From Geosiphon pyriformis uo1 (taxonomy: Eukaryota; Fungi; Glomeromycota), in NCBI GenBank assembly GCA_016748015.1, contig JAAOMT010000561.1, forward strand, positions 8,026 through 72,025: a stretch of DNA of 64,000 nt, given 5' to 3'. The notes under the pieces are model-generated. The model was given only the letters and a program-made list of their open reading frames with translations, had not been told where the DNA came from and made no database searches. The position numbers and the translations under genes were made by a program. Below are positions 51,120-64,000 of this stretch, piece by piece (the stretch's first letter is position 1; each line of letters opens with the position of its first letter).

Positions 51120-54103
51120 TTATTATTTAGTTTTAATAAGTATAATTTAATTATTATCTAAAAATTAGAAACAAACTAAATATTATAATATAAAATATAG
51201 TTCATATGCTTTTTACATATAACCAGTAATTTAAATCAGTTTAGACTATACTATTGTTATAGTTAGAACCTATATTTTTTATTAGTTATCATATATATTA
51301 ACCACTAATATTATATAATTAGTCACACTATTTTTAGATAGTGATTATTGACTTAATTAATGACCTAATTATTGACCTGATCATTAACTTGATCATTGAC
51401 TTAATTATTAACTTGATTATTAATTATTTTTAATAGTTATATAAATAATAAGTCTCTTAGCTATAGAAAAACATAATAAAAGTAATGAAATAAAATCCAC
51501 TATCAATTATTTCTTTTCATATCACTTATTTCTTTTTTTCTACTTTCAAGTATTTAAATATCTTGGAATAAAAAATTACTTGTAAGTATTTACATATCTT
51601 ATTTTTTTCTCTTCTTAATTTGTATTGTTAGAATTAGTCTAAAAAGCAATTACTTGCTCTTATAATTTATTGAATAAAAAAATGATTAAAAAACACAATA
51701 ATATCTGTTATTAATTTTAAGAATTGCCAAGTTGAGACATAAAATAATAGCAGTAGTGTTATTTTGTTAACAATTACAGATTATTTTTTTATCTTTAGAT
51801 TTTCAGAAAAGATTTATAACTGTGATTTTTATGAGACTGATCACATACATTAAATCTTTACTTATTTAATTTGCTTTTATATTGTAATTTTCTTGTTGAT
51901 TATTTTCATCACTCTACAATCCTGTTTTTTTTTGCTATCTGTTAGCTTGTTATTCCAACCCATAACACTATATTAATACTTTAGAAAAAAACTTATCCAA
52001 AAAAAATATTTTTGAATAATCTCAAACAATATGATATTATTACTAATTATTTTAATCAGTTATTTAGCTGTTTTCAATATATTAATCTTTATAATAACAG
52101 ATTTATGTTTTCAAAACAATATTAAATTAAAAAACATATTATTATTTACTATAAATAAATCTATCTAAGAACCAGCTATAGTAATATTTTTATAGTCATA
52201 TTTAGTTTTAAAACAATTATCTTATGTTTTAGCTTATTAATAACTTTGCTAAAAATATTTATATGTACTAAAACCTGATTAATCTTAAGGCCAAGTTCTT
52301 TATTTAAAACCAAATTTTTATTATCAAATTGTTTAAATACAACAACCAAAAAATCAACCAGTTTAACAATAAATTTGATCAATACAAAAAGCTTAACCAA
52401 ATTAAATTTCAGAAAAATTAACCAAAAAAAACCATAAAATTATTAATTATTATATTAGCAAAAAACATAACACCAATTAAAAAACTAAAAATTAAAAAAA
52501 ACACAAAAACAACAATCTTAACATAAAATTTAACATTAATAAAATAAGACACAAAAGTTTTAAAAATATTAAAAAAGACAAGTAAAGACATTTTATAATT
52601 AACAGCTAAATAATTTAAGTCTTAGTACTTAAAATAGTGTTAATATTTAGGAGTTTTTTACCAAACATAATACTTTTTCAAAGTATTAGTTTTAATAATA
52701 ACAGTATTTAAATTACTTTAAAAGCCAAACATAATTAAAACAAACTGAAAATAATGATTAGAATTAGAAAAACAAAGAATAAAATAAGTTTAACTATTAA
52801 TCTAAAAAATCATATTACTAATTTTAAAAACAATACAATTAAAAAAAAATTAATTAATTTGGTTTTAAACTTATCATAAAACAGAATATTTTTATTTTGA
52901 TTTACTAATAAAAAAATTTTAATATTATTTTTGTTAATAAAATTGACCAATAATTCAAAACAGATGCAATAGTATTCAAATTTTTGAAATAAACAATTAC
53001 ATATTACCAAATACCAATAAGTCTTAACATAATATGAGAGATTTTATCAAATATACTAAGTGTTATTTCAAAATTAGTAGCAAATATACTCAAAAATATA
53101 TTTTATAATACAATAACAACAAAAGAACTAAGCTTAGAACCCACCAAAAATTTTGCAATTTTAAGAATAATCAGATGAATAGAACTCTTAAGTTTAATTA
53201 GAAATACAGTTTTTAAAAATTAATAAAAAGCAAACTTTATACAGAAGAATTTTATATTGTTTTTTACAAATGATTTTGTATTTAAAAAACCATATACAGA
53301 CTGAAAAACAGTTTTAATATAAGCTAATTTAATCTTAAAAATAGTATTAAATATTAGAATAAAAGCTATTTACTTAGCAAATTTTTGATAATTAGTAATA
53401 ATTTTTTAAGCATTACTAATAGCAGCATCAGAAATTAAAAGAAATAATAAAAATTCAGTTTTTATTTGATTAATCCAGTTTCCAAGAACAAATAATCTAA
53501 CAAAAAACTATTGTTCTATTTCTAAAACTAATAATAATCTATTAAAAACCATTATATTTAACAACATAATTAGTGATTAATCTTGGCTTATTTAAATAAT
53601 ATGCTAAATAATACAATAAAAATTTTATCCAAAATTTTATTTGAAACCACGAAAAAATTTGATGTAACAATAACAAAACCAAACAACTGTTCTTGTTTTT
53701 AGAATCTTTGGCTTTTTTGGCCATTTTTAAAGAGATAGTATTAGTAGTATTAAGTATAGTAGCAATAATTAAAAAAACCAGATTATTAACTAGCCTATTA
53801 TTAAAAATTTTTAAGCTTTTAATAAAGATATAAACAATACTAAAACTGATCTAAATATGTTTTTTTGAAAGAATTTTGACTGATAAAAAACCAATTATAA
53901 ATAAAAAAAATGTTTTAACAGTTACTAAAAACAGTTTTTTACTATTACTACTTAAAAAAAAAGCTTTTAAGATATTTTATCTAGCTATTTTTACAACAAA
54001 AAAAAATTTTTGGTTGAAATTTTATTAAACATAAAAAAATTATTAAATGCTGCTTTTTTACTCTTTTTTTTAGTTATAATTATAAAATTAAAAAGACAAA
54101 AAA
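51120..54103 (-). mobile_element. Second ORF1-only element (about 2.3 kb net) with LINE-type 3' tail
   Basis: Reverse complement of 33886-37207 along its length. Tail at about 51120-51254. Confidence 0.72.
51255..51967 (-). mobile_element. Solo LTR family D
   Basis: TGTTATAG...CATAACA termini, TSD CTAT. Confidence 0.85.
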
Positions 54104-55065
54104 TTATTTTTTGTATTTTTAAATATTTAAATTATTATTTATATGTTTAAACAGTATTTTTTTTAAATTTAAAATTAACTGAAAAATATAAACAAAATAA
54201 ACAAATTTTAACAATTAAATTTCAGATTTTTTTAATTAATTAATTAATATTTTTTTATAATTTAAAATTATTATATATATATTATTTTTAATTAATTTGT
54301 AAACTATTAAGTTATTTATTTATATGTTAAATTTTATTAAATAATAATATGTAAAAAAAATATAAAGTATTTAAATTAATTGAATTTAAATTAACAAAAA
54401 ATTTTTATATTAAAACTATTATTATCAAATATGTAAAAACATTTATTAATAATAAAAAATATATTATTAAAAAAATTTCAAAAAAATAGGTTTAAATTAT
54501 TTATTAAAAGACAATAATTTAAATTTGGAATTAAAATTGGTTAAAATAAATTTTATTATGGAAAATTGTATTAAAAAGTATATAGTTATTTTTATTTAAT
54601 AATATTATAAAAAAAATTAATTTTAATAAATTTTAAATTTGTTATTAAAATTATTAAATACATGTTTATTTAGAAAAATAATTCTTAATACTTAATAAAA
54701 AATATAATTTTAAATTATATAAATAAAAAAACATTTTAATAAACATTAAATTTATTGTTTTAATTATGATTACAAAAAAATTTTCTTAAAAATTTTGTTT
54801 AATTTATATTTTAGATTTAATATTTATATAAAAAATATTTTAACACAATTATTTGTATTTGTAGTTAAATTTATAATCAAAAATAGTATAAAAAAATCAA
54901 TAAATTTAATTAATATTATAAGATATATGTAAAATATATAACTTTATAAAATAATTATATTTAAAAAGCAATTTATACAAAATTAAATATATTATAGATT
55001 TGTTAATTACTTAAAATATTTATATAATAATGATACTAACAGAATTATAATAAATTATAATAAAC

Positions 55066-58000
55066 TTCTTTTTTTTTTGCCTCTAAAAATTTTCAAAAAG
55101 TGCATTTTCTAAAAAAGAAGTTTTCTATTTTTTCTTGTTAGTTTTTTCAACATTTCTTTAAATAACAACACTTTCATCATGAATTTAAAGGCTGTTTCAG
55201 GTGGTGATATGTCAAAAAAAAAGACACCCAAAGAAGCTTTTTATGGTTCTGTTGGTGGTTCTTTTGCTTAAAAAAAAAAAGTGATTCTTGAAAATGTTAA
55301 ACACTCTGGTGATAAGAAAAATATCTCTTTGAGTAAGGATCTGGTAATAGTGTGTATTCTGATGTGGATAGTCTGTTTTGTGATAATAAAGATATTGGCA
55401 TGGCTGGTATAAATGGTGAGTTTCTTTTGGGTTCGGCTGCAACCACTCTTAAGGCAAAACATATTAATACTGGTGCTGCTTTTGGTTTCCCACTTGGTTC
55501 TCCCAACTTTGACATGGACAATAATGAAGAAGTGTTTCTTCCTTCTCACCTCTCTATCTCTCTGGATAAGAAGTGAGTTGATCCCAAAATTATTAAAACT
55601 CAAGTGGAGGTCTCAGTTAGGCAATCTTTTGCTTTGGACATTAATTTCTTAGTTGTAGAAGAGAAATTAGTGACGGCAAAAACCCAAATCATTAGAAAAA
55701 TTTTTTCAACTGTCAATGGTTTTGGAAGGGCCACTATCCTCTCAAAATTTGAAGGAATTATCTGATTGACATTTACTTCAGAAAAAAGCATGAAAATGGC
55801 CACATTATTGGCCAGAGAAAAAGGGATCAACATAAACAGCAATCTTAAAAGACAAGAAATGAGGTCAGATTGGGCTGTGGTGATTAAGAAAATTCCTATG
55901 GACACATCTAAAAATATGATCATTGCCACAGTATCTGAATTTGGGGAAATTAAGTCAATCAAAATTTAACTGATTGGAATTGGACCAAGCTAATTTGTTA
56001 GCCTCTAAGTGGTTATTCCTAATTGGTAAAGATTCTGTATGCATAGTCAAAGCAGTGGGAGATTGTGAAACTTGGGTGTTAAGAGATCAGTTCAGAGTGC
56101 TTTTGTTTACTTTGCTGATGGAAATAATGGCACATGATCTTAGAACTCTTCTGGGAAGAGCTGGTGAGAAAACTTACTTCATAAACAGATTTCTGAAAAC
56201 TGGCAATAGGATTTGTTGTGCTGTAGTTGGTTTTGAATTTGATGATGATCTGGAATCTGTCTTTTGTATGGAGCCAATTCTTGGTGGAATTAAACTTTTT
56301 TGGACAAGAATAGATCTGGTTTAGTGTAAGAAATGTGAGAAGTTTGGTCACTCTGCTCTGGAATGTAATGCATCTGTTGCATCCCCCTTTAAGTCTTCAA
56401 AAACATTTAAAAAAGTTGCATCTAATGAACGTCATCTTCAGTTGGCTAAATTATATGAGAAAAAAAGTGTTCCAATATCCTGCCCTGCTGCCTTTGGTGG
56501 TAAATCTTGGGCCTAAGTGGTCTTACTTGTTGATTCCTCTGATGGTTTTCACTTTGCTTCTGGTTCTAGTTCCTCTTTGTCTGGCACTTCAGGTTTGAAT
56601 GATGGTCTCCCTCCTGTCTTGGTTGGCAATTTGTCTTTGAATATTTGTTTGGCCTCTTTAGAACAATCTTTGGAATTGCTAACCAACCAAGTTTCTGGCA
56701 TTGTGCACAAACTCAGCAGCATGGAATTGGTGCCTTTGGTCTCTCCTCTCTCTTCTGGCCATTTAGTTGCCCCAATAGTTGTCAATGCAGATTCAGATTC
56801 GAATATGGTTTTGGATAGTTCAGTGGTGGTGCCTGCAACTCCCCCTATTGTTTCAGCTTTGGGTTTTAGTAGCTCAAAAATCTTAACTACCAAGGTGGGC
56901 TGTCTGAAATCCAAGTTGGTGGCTCTTAAAGCCTTAATTGGTTTTGTTTTAGTGAAGTTAGATCAGTTGTGTGTTGGCTCAGGGTTTTTGGTTTCTTCCC
57001 CCTCCCAATGAGTGGTTTGGTTTGGAAGTTTGCTGTATGCAATGTTTGCAGCATCAATGTTCCTGCAAAGCAAATGGATATTGTGCGTTGACATGTGAAT
57101 TCTGGCAATATGGTGTCTTTTGTTACAGAAACTAAATTGAGATTCAATATCAAGTCTTGAATTACTAATAAGTTTGAGGATGTATATGTTTTTACGTCTG
57201 GCTTGAATAAAAGTTTTCTCAGTGCTAAGATTGCTGTAATTATTAACAATTCATTGACTCACTATGTGTCTAAGGTAAAGAAGATTCTTGGCAAGATTAT
57301 TTTAGTTCGGTTTTTGTTTAAAGGCAAGCTTTCAGTCACAATTCTGGGTCTGTATGCTAGTGCTTCTTCTGAGACCAGATTTGGTCAAGCTTTGAAGGTG
57401 AACTTTTTGATTGCAAAAGCTGTTAATTCTAGCACTTTTGTGGTTCTGGGTGGAGATTTTAATGAGAATGAGTCTAGAAGGAGTGCAACTTTTAAGTTTT
57501 GTTTGGGTCTGGATTTGGTTAATTCATTTGCTAATCATCATATGGAAAAGGCTTTCACATGGAGCAATTCACAGAGAGTTGAAAAGACAATTGATTTTAT
57601 TTTTGTCAACAGAAATCTTTCTTTTGCTATTGCTGGTCATTAGGTCTGCTCTGTGTCTGGTTTTTTTGACACTGATCATAGTGATGTTTCAGTTTCAATT
57701 GGCTTGGATGGACTCCTAGACATTTGGTTGAATAGTTTGCACAAACAGGCTAACAAAAATCATTGAAAGTTCAAAATTAAAGATGCTGATGGCCCCAAAT
57801 AGACTGGTTTTAGGGATTGTCTTTCTATCAAGCTTTTGGTGGTTGCTGATGAATTTTTTGGTGCTGAAACTTACAATGATATGGATGTTATATGAACAAT
57901 TTTAGAGAGGGTAGTAGTGAAATCAGCTAACAAAACATTTTCAAGACAGTGATTTAGTGAATTTCATTGTTCTAGGAATAAATTTTCTTCTAAGTTCTTT

Positions 58001-61000
58001 GGTTTGGAATTGTTGATTGCCAAGATTGTTAAAAAGTTTGTCTTAGGTGATTTGCCTGGGGTTGATTGCCTTGTGAAAACATGGTCAACTTTGAATAGTG
58101 CCAAGACTTGTGCCTTTGCTGATTTGATTGGTTTGGGTGGAAAGAGTGAAGTAGTTCTTGGACATTTGTCATTGGTTCATAAAGAATACAGGAGATTGAA
58201 GATGTATGAGTCAAGAGTAGCTAAGAAGGCTTTTATTAAACTGGTAATATCGAAGCACATGGAAAATTTCTGCTCTGACAAAGACAGTATGATTAGGAGT
58301 GTTTTGGATCAGCCTTCTTGCAAAGTAGTTCTGAATTATCTAGTCGTGGATAATGAATTAATTTTGGAACTTGAGAAAGTAAAGCTCAATGTTAATAAAA
58401 TCATGGAGAGTTGGATTAGGAAATAGGCAGTGTTTTTGGTGGTGCCTGACCTCTGGGCTCATCAGTATGCTCTATTGGATTATGTGCAGGATTGTGCTTT
58501 TTCTAATGTAATGAGTGTTATCAGTTTGAATAAGTTGCTTTTAGTTGTTGATGGCCTGCCTGATAGTAAAGCAGCTGGCTTGTCTGGCATCCCTAATGAA
58601 CTATAAAAGCATAGTGGTGATGGAGTGTTGGAATATCTCTTGAGATTATTGAATGCATGTTTGTTGGTTGGTGGTGTTTCTGTTTTGTGAAGGAGGGCTT
58701 GGGTCTCAATGATCCCTAAACTGTATGATTGAAATAGGGTTCTTATGAATACGTGGCCTATAGCTTTGATCAAAACTGCTAGGAAGATTCTCTCCAAGAT
58801 TCTTTTTGATAGGATTTCTTCTGCATGCAGTAAGTTTGGTGTTCTTCAGAGTAATAACTTTTCTGTTTTAAAGGGTACATCTACCCAATCTCCAGTGTTT
58901 ATGGTTGGTTTAGTTGTTGAAGATGCTTTGGAAAAAGATTGGAAACTTTGGTTGGTTCTTCAGGATATGCACAAGACTTATGATTCTGTGGACTGGCATT
59001 ACTTGGAGACTAGCTTACATTGAATCAAAATGTGTAATAGGTTCATCAGATTTTTTGGTAGTATACATAATAATAGGATAAATAAGATTATGACAGACTT
59101 TGGTCTTACTGGTAGATACAGAGTTTGGGACAGCTTAGATCAAGATGAAGTTTTTTTGTCTCTTCTCTAGAGAATTTTTTATGACTCCCTTCTATGCAAA
59201 GTTAAGAGACATGAACATTTGTGTGGTTATCAAATTGACACTAAGTTTGTAGCTAGAACTGGTAGAATTGAGACTAGTGGTAGGATGTTCTCCTTTTTTG
59301 CTATAGGTGTATTTGTGGATGATACAATTTGGGTTAATGACTGTCAAATGTTAATGCAGTATGCTCTGAATATTGTTAGTGAGTTTTTTGCAATCAATAA
59401 CATTTCTATCAACAATAAAAAGACTGTGACCATTCTTATTAATCAAAGTGTTAGAGTAGCATTTTTAAGCATAAGTGGTCAGCCAATTTTAATAGCTAAA
59501 AAGGGTGAAACTCATAGATACTTGGGTATTTTTCTGTCTATTGAAGAGTTGTTTAAGCTGAGTGTGGTCAAAGCTCATTCAAATATGCACTTTTTTGTTA
59601 ATGTGGTGCTCAGGAAAGTTATTACTGACAAGCAGTTTTCCTATTTGGTTGCAGCTGTTTTGCAGCCCATTGTTAGCTATAGAACCCAGTTTAATTTTGT
59701 CTCATTAGAGATTTGCCACAAGTGGGATGCTATAATTCAAAAAGGTTTTAGGTCTAAGACACATTTGCCACATGATTTTCTAGTCAAAGCATTACATCAT
59801 TCCTCATTATATGGCTTGAAATTTTTTGAACAATTGCAGTCAGAATGTAAATCAGCTGTTGTGATTTCATTTTTCAATGCTCTTGACATTCTTGGGCATC
59901 TATTCAATCATAAATTTTTGGATTTGCAAGTTCTGAGTTGGGCTCCACTGAATCCCTTGCAGTTTCCTATTAAGTTACATATTAGCCTTGTAAACAATTT
60001 TCTGGCTGGTGTGGTTAAAATTTTTTTGGATAGTGAACTATTTTTAGCTAACAATTTGCCAAGTGCTTTTCATAGTCCTGGTGTGTTTCTTATATCTTCT
60101 GTGTTGGGAAATGCTCTTTACTTTAGCTTAGTTTATTTGTTGAAACATTTTGGTGTCGCTTTTGGTGACAGGCTGTTTAATAAAAAGAGTTGCTTAATGG
60201 ATTGGAAGACTTTTTGTCATTGGAAGAAATTGAATCCGAGAGGCCCTGTTTCTTTCTGGTTTGTAATTGTTTCAAAGTTTTTAATAAATATAGACTCTTT
60301 GTCAGCTGCCTGTACTGGGGACAGTTTTCTACCTGAGCTGAATGTTTTGAATTCTGTGGAGTTTTCTAATATTCAAAATGGTTTGCATGAAATTTGGTCC
60401 GGTTTATTTAACATCTATACAAACAATTAATTAAAAGATGTTGGGACTGCTGGTGTGGCTGATAACACTGCTGCATATTTTTCTTCTGTAAATTTGAGTG
60501 TTGATGTTAAGGTTTAAGGTCTATTGTCTTCTATTTTATCTGAGTTGCAGGCAGTTGCTCTGGTATTGGAGTGTGTTCCATCCTTTTGCACTGTGGTGTT
60601 GTATCTTGACAGCCAGGCTGCCATTGATGCATGTGTATCCGAAATGTTCTTGGCCATATCTGATTTTTATGTTCTGTGCTGGATAAAGAGACATCACATT
60701 TTTAATTTAATTAGAGATAAAGATTTTGCTGTGAAATGAGTGAAAGTCAAGGGCCATTCTGGGGTCATTGGTAATGTGGTAACTGATGCTGCTGCTGATC
60801 ATGCTATATGTTCTAAGTTTTTTTTGCCTGTGAGAGTGCATAAACGTTTTTTAGTGGCTGAAGCTACAGCTGTGTCTGACAATGTCTGTCATTTTGTTAG
60901 GGATGTGTTTTGGACTATTTGCTGTGCTTGTTGGGAGGCTGGTCTTGGCCAGGTTGTTGTTTCAAGTGATATAGTTGGGTGTGTAGACTGAAGTGCTATG

Positions 61001-61839
61001 GCTAGGGTTTGGCATTCTGACTTTCATATGCTTGCTGGCTTTACTAGTTGGGAATTTTCCAGTTTGTATACATATCTAATGAAAGCTGTGTACCAACAGC
61101 TGTCTGTGGCAGTTAGAAAGGGGTTGTATAATAGGAGATATCCTGACATGTTGTGTTTGTTATATGGTAAAGTGGAACTGCCTGATCATGTTTTTACTTG
61201 TATATTGGATGCTGGAATTTGGGAGGAGGTTTTGGCTGAGGCTTTTACATCTTGGACTTCTTTGTTGGATGTCAATGGCCTGTCTTTTTCTGCTGTGTTG
61301 CAGACTCTTAGTTGGTACTTTTTAAATATTAGCTTATATTCGGTTTTGTGCAAGGGGTTTGTGCTTAAAAATTGGTGTAAGGAAGCTGTTGATGTTTTTG
61401 ATAGAAAAAAAGAGGCTTTTTGTGTGGTTGTTGGATTTGTTAGACAGTTGGCTGAGTTACATTGCTCTAAAATTTGGCTGGTGAGATGTAAACATAGGGC
61501 AGATATGGAGAGAGCAGAGTTGGTTGGCAATAATGATTTGGTTTTGGGTTTGTTATATTGCATTGGATCTGTTCTGTCAGAGAAAGTGATTAGGATGCTT
61601 GGTATTATTGAGTCTTTTGCTGTTAGTTTTGGCTGTCAACAGCTCTGTCTTTTTTTCACAGATTTAAATTATAACTCTTGTGTTGTTTTAGGTGTGTAGT
61701 ATTGTCTTGTCTGGCCTGAGTGGCTAGCCACATGTAGGAAGTGCATGAGTTGTGTCTAGTGTAAGCCACTTAGTTTGGCTTTTTGTATTAGATAGTAATT
61801 GGGCTTTACTTATTAAAAGCTAATAAATAAATAAAAAAA
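55066..61839 (+). mobile_element. Full-length LINE, ORF1 55179-57011 and ORF2 57008-61699 (APE-RT-RNase H-Cys/His finger), degenerate
   Basis: Knuckle CKKCEKFGHSALEC. Motifs VTETKL, GGDFN, IDFIF, TDH, WPIALI, QDMHKTYD, FVDD, ELQAV, LDSQ, KVKGHSG. A-rich tail. Confidence 0.95.
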
Positions 61840-63342
61840 ATAACAAATTTTGATTTGTTTATAAATTATAAAATTTATGATAATTTAAATTAAAGTAAAC
61901 TTTTTTTATTAAGATATTTGTTAATTTTTATAAATTAATATAAAATTTAATACTATTTATTATTTTTAATTAATTTTAATTTAAATTGGTTGAACTTTGT
62001 TTAATTTATTTAAAATTTGTTTAAAATATATAAATTTTAACTTAAACTATTTAAACTTTTAAAATTTGGTTTAAACTATTTTAATTTTAATTTAAACTGC
62101 TTGAAATTGTTTTTGTATTCAAAGTTTATAATTTTACATATAACTTATATATAATTTACATATTTTTTGTAAATTAATGCTAATTTAATTTAATATTAAT
62201 TAATAATAAAAAACAAAAAATTAAATAATTAAACAATTAAGTAATAAATCAATGGCAAAAAAATCCTGTTATGTTTATATTTGCAAACAAAAATGTATTT
62301 AAAAAAAAAGTTTATTAAAAAACAAAAAAAAAGCAGTAAATATTTTTTTAGTGTCTTTTTGTTTTTTTTATGATTAGAAAATTAATAAAAAAAAAGGTTT
62401 ATTTTAAAAACTTTAATAAAAATTCAGATTATGTAATATAAATTTGGTTATTAATTTATTTAAAAGCTTTAAACAGTTAAAAATAAATACAAGACTTATT
62501 TTTTAAATATTATTAAATTTGGAATTTAAATTTTTTAACAAAAATATAATAAAATAACAAATAAGAATTGTTTTTATAAAAACAACTTTAAATTATTGTA
62601 AGTTAATAAAAATGTTATATGCATTTTAACCAAAATAATAAACACTATTATTTATAGAATTATTGTGTATTAACATAATAAAAAAATTAAAATAAAATAA
62701 AAAAGAACTTATAATTAAAAATAAATGCATACAAAAAAAACTTAAAAAAAAGTGTATAAAATAGACCAAAGAAAAAACTGGCAACTTAATAAAAAATAAA
62801 ATCCGATTATTTTTTTCCTTGATTAGCTTATAAAAGTAAAATTAAAGACAAATATCTTGTAGCCAATACATAAAAAGCACTTAGAATAAGTGTATAAAAA
62901 AGAAACCGGTTATTTAACAACCAGCAAAACTCCTTTTCAAAAAACAACAGTAATACAATAAAGATGAAATGAAGTTTTATAGTAATGAACAACAAATCAC
63001 CAAAAAAAAAAGATGCTAGTTTTATGTTCATGATTTCTGAAGAAAAATTGTACTTTATTAAATCACACGTAAATTCCACTAAAATTACAATTGCAATATT
63101 TAATTTGGGCTGAAATTAAAACACATTCAGGGATCTTTTTTAACCGCTCTCTTTTTAATACTTTCATTAGAATTGAATTTGCAGATCCAATTTTTTTAAA
63201 TAAATAAAATTAATCTTAATCTGAGGATTCGTAAAATTATAATACAACCTCTGAATCATAACTGTATAAAAGATCGAACACACTCTTCAATACAAAGACA
63301 TCGAAATATTTTGAAAATCTCTAGTAAAAAGCGAAGTATTGT

Positions 63343-64000
63343 TCAGTGGTCTAAAATGCGTAAGTTCCCAGAAACCACTTTATTTTCAAGTATGGCACCC
63401 GATGGGATATCGATCCTGGCGCCATGATTTGCAACAATAATTACAGTTCCTATAAGTTCAACACCAGACCCGAATGTCACATCTCCAGTGACTGTCAAAT
63501 GGTCAAGTTCGAGAATATGCGGAATCTTTTGAAAGCGTGCAAGGAAATTTGCAACCTTTGAAATTTCATAAACATAATAGATTAATATTGCTTCTTGAGG
63601 TATTGTAGAATAGAAATAAAGCTGTGAAAATTGTCAAAATCAAAAATTAGGCCACATAAATTGACCAGTCAATGGATGAAGCTCAAGATCCCTCCTTCAA
63701 TCCAGGATGTGGACAACCTTCACACATTCACTATTTTCTGAGCGATCGTTCGCAAAAGACAAATGGTGATCGTCAAAGTATAACCGACTAACCTTTTTAA
63801 ATTCGTCACCCAATTTAACCAAGGGAACAGTTTGGAAAAGTCTTTTAGGATTCATCGTTAACTCGCCATGGTTTAAAGAATATAAATCGGAAGTGACAAG
63901 AAAAAGATCGGATGTAGATTTGACGGGCAAGAAACGATTTCTAGGCACGTTGACACCATGTGCATTTCGAAAATGTTTTATTCCAGCACCAACAGCGGTT
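63343..64000 (-). CDS. UGP1: UTP-glucose-1-phosphate uridylyltransferase, 3' part (intron 63556-63792)
   Basis: [21 protein letters not shown]...VKLGDEFKK|VANFLARF...[15 protein letters not shown]...[11 protein letters not shown]. Confidence 0.96.

Noticed and set aside
61710-61745. Hammerhead ribozyme in the LINE tail
   Set aside because: CTGAGTG does not fit CUGANGA and there is no correctly placed GAAA.
63600-63790. U1/U4atac snRNA, C/D snoRNA or TPP riboswitch in the UGP1 intron
   Set aside because: Only fragmentary resemblance (ATCCATTG, AATTTTTG). No ACTTACC 5' end, no C/D box pair and no TPP core on the sense strand.

Overview
Eukaryotic (fungal) genomic DNA, most likely Glomeromycotina (arbuscular-mycorrhizal lineage, Geosiphon-like; inferred from intron style, a TKL-kinase relic and the repeat families, not from a database search). 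Roughly 80% is transposon DNA in deep nests. There are two dUTPase-encoding Ty3/Gypsy elements, about ten solo LTRs from four families (TGTTAC...GTAACA termini, 4-bp TSDs), two full-length RNase H-bearing LINEs, three ORF1-type elements (two clearly ORF1-only and carrying the LINE 3' tail) and a hAT relic. All show graded C>T/G>A decay down to near-pure AT. A CpG-rich host gene island (21.5-31.6 kb) holds a neurochondrin-family gene, FEN1/RAD27, a kinase pseudogene and a TAF3-like histone-fold+PHD gene. The 3' end of UGP1 closes the window. Best leads: (1) a non-autonomous 'half-LINE' parasitising the LINE; (2) a conserved anti-PBS/tRNA-3'-end mimic in U5 of three LTR families; (3) a strand-specific structured RNA in the last UGP1 intron that hides an in-frame alternative acceptor; (4) RIP-like CpA/CpG hypermutation outside Dikarya. 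A 1.4-kb exact duplication around a 20-N gap is an assembly artefact.
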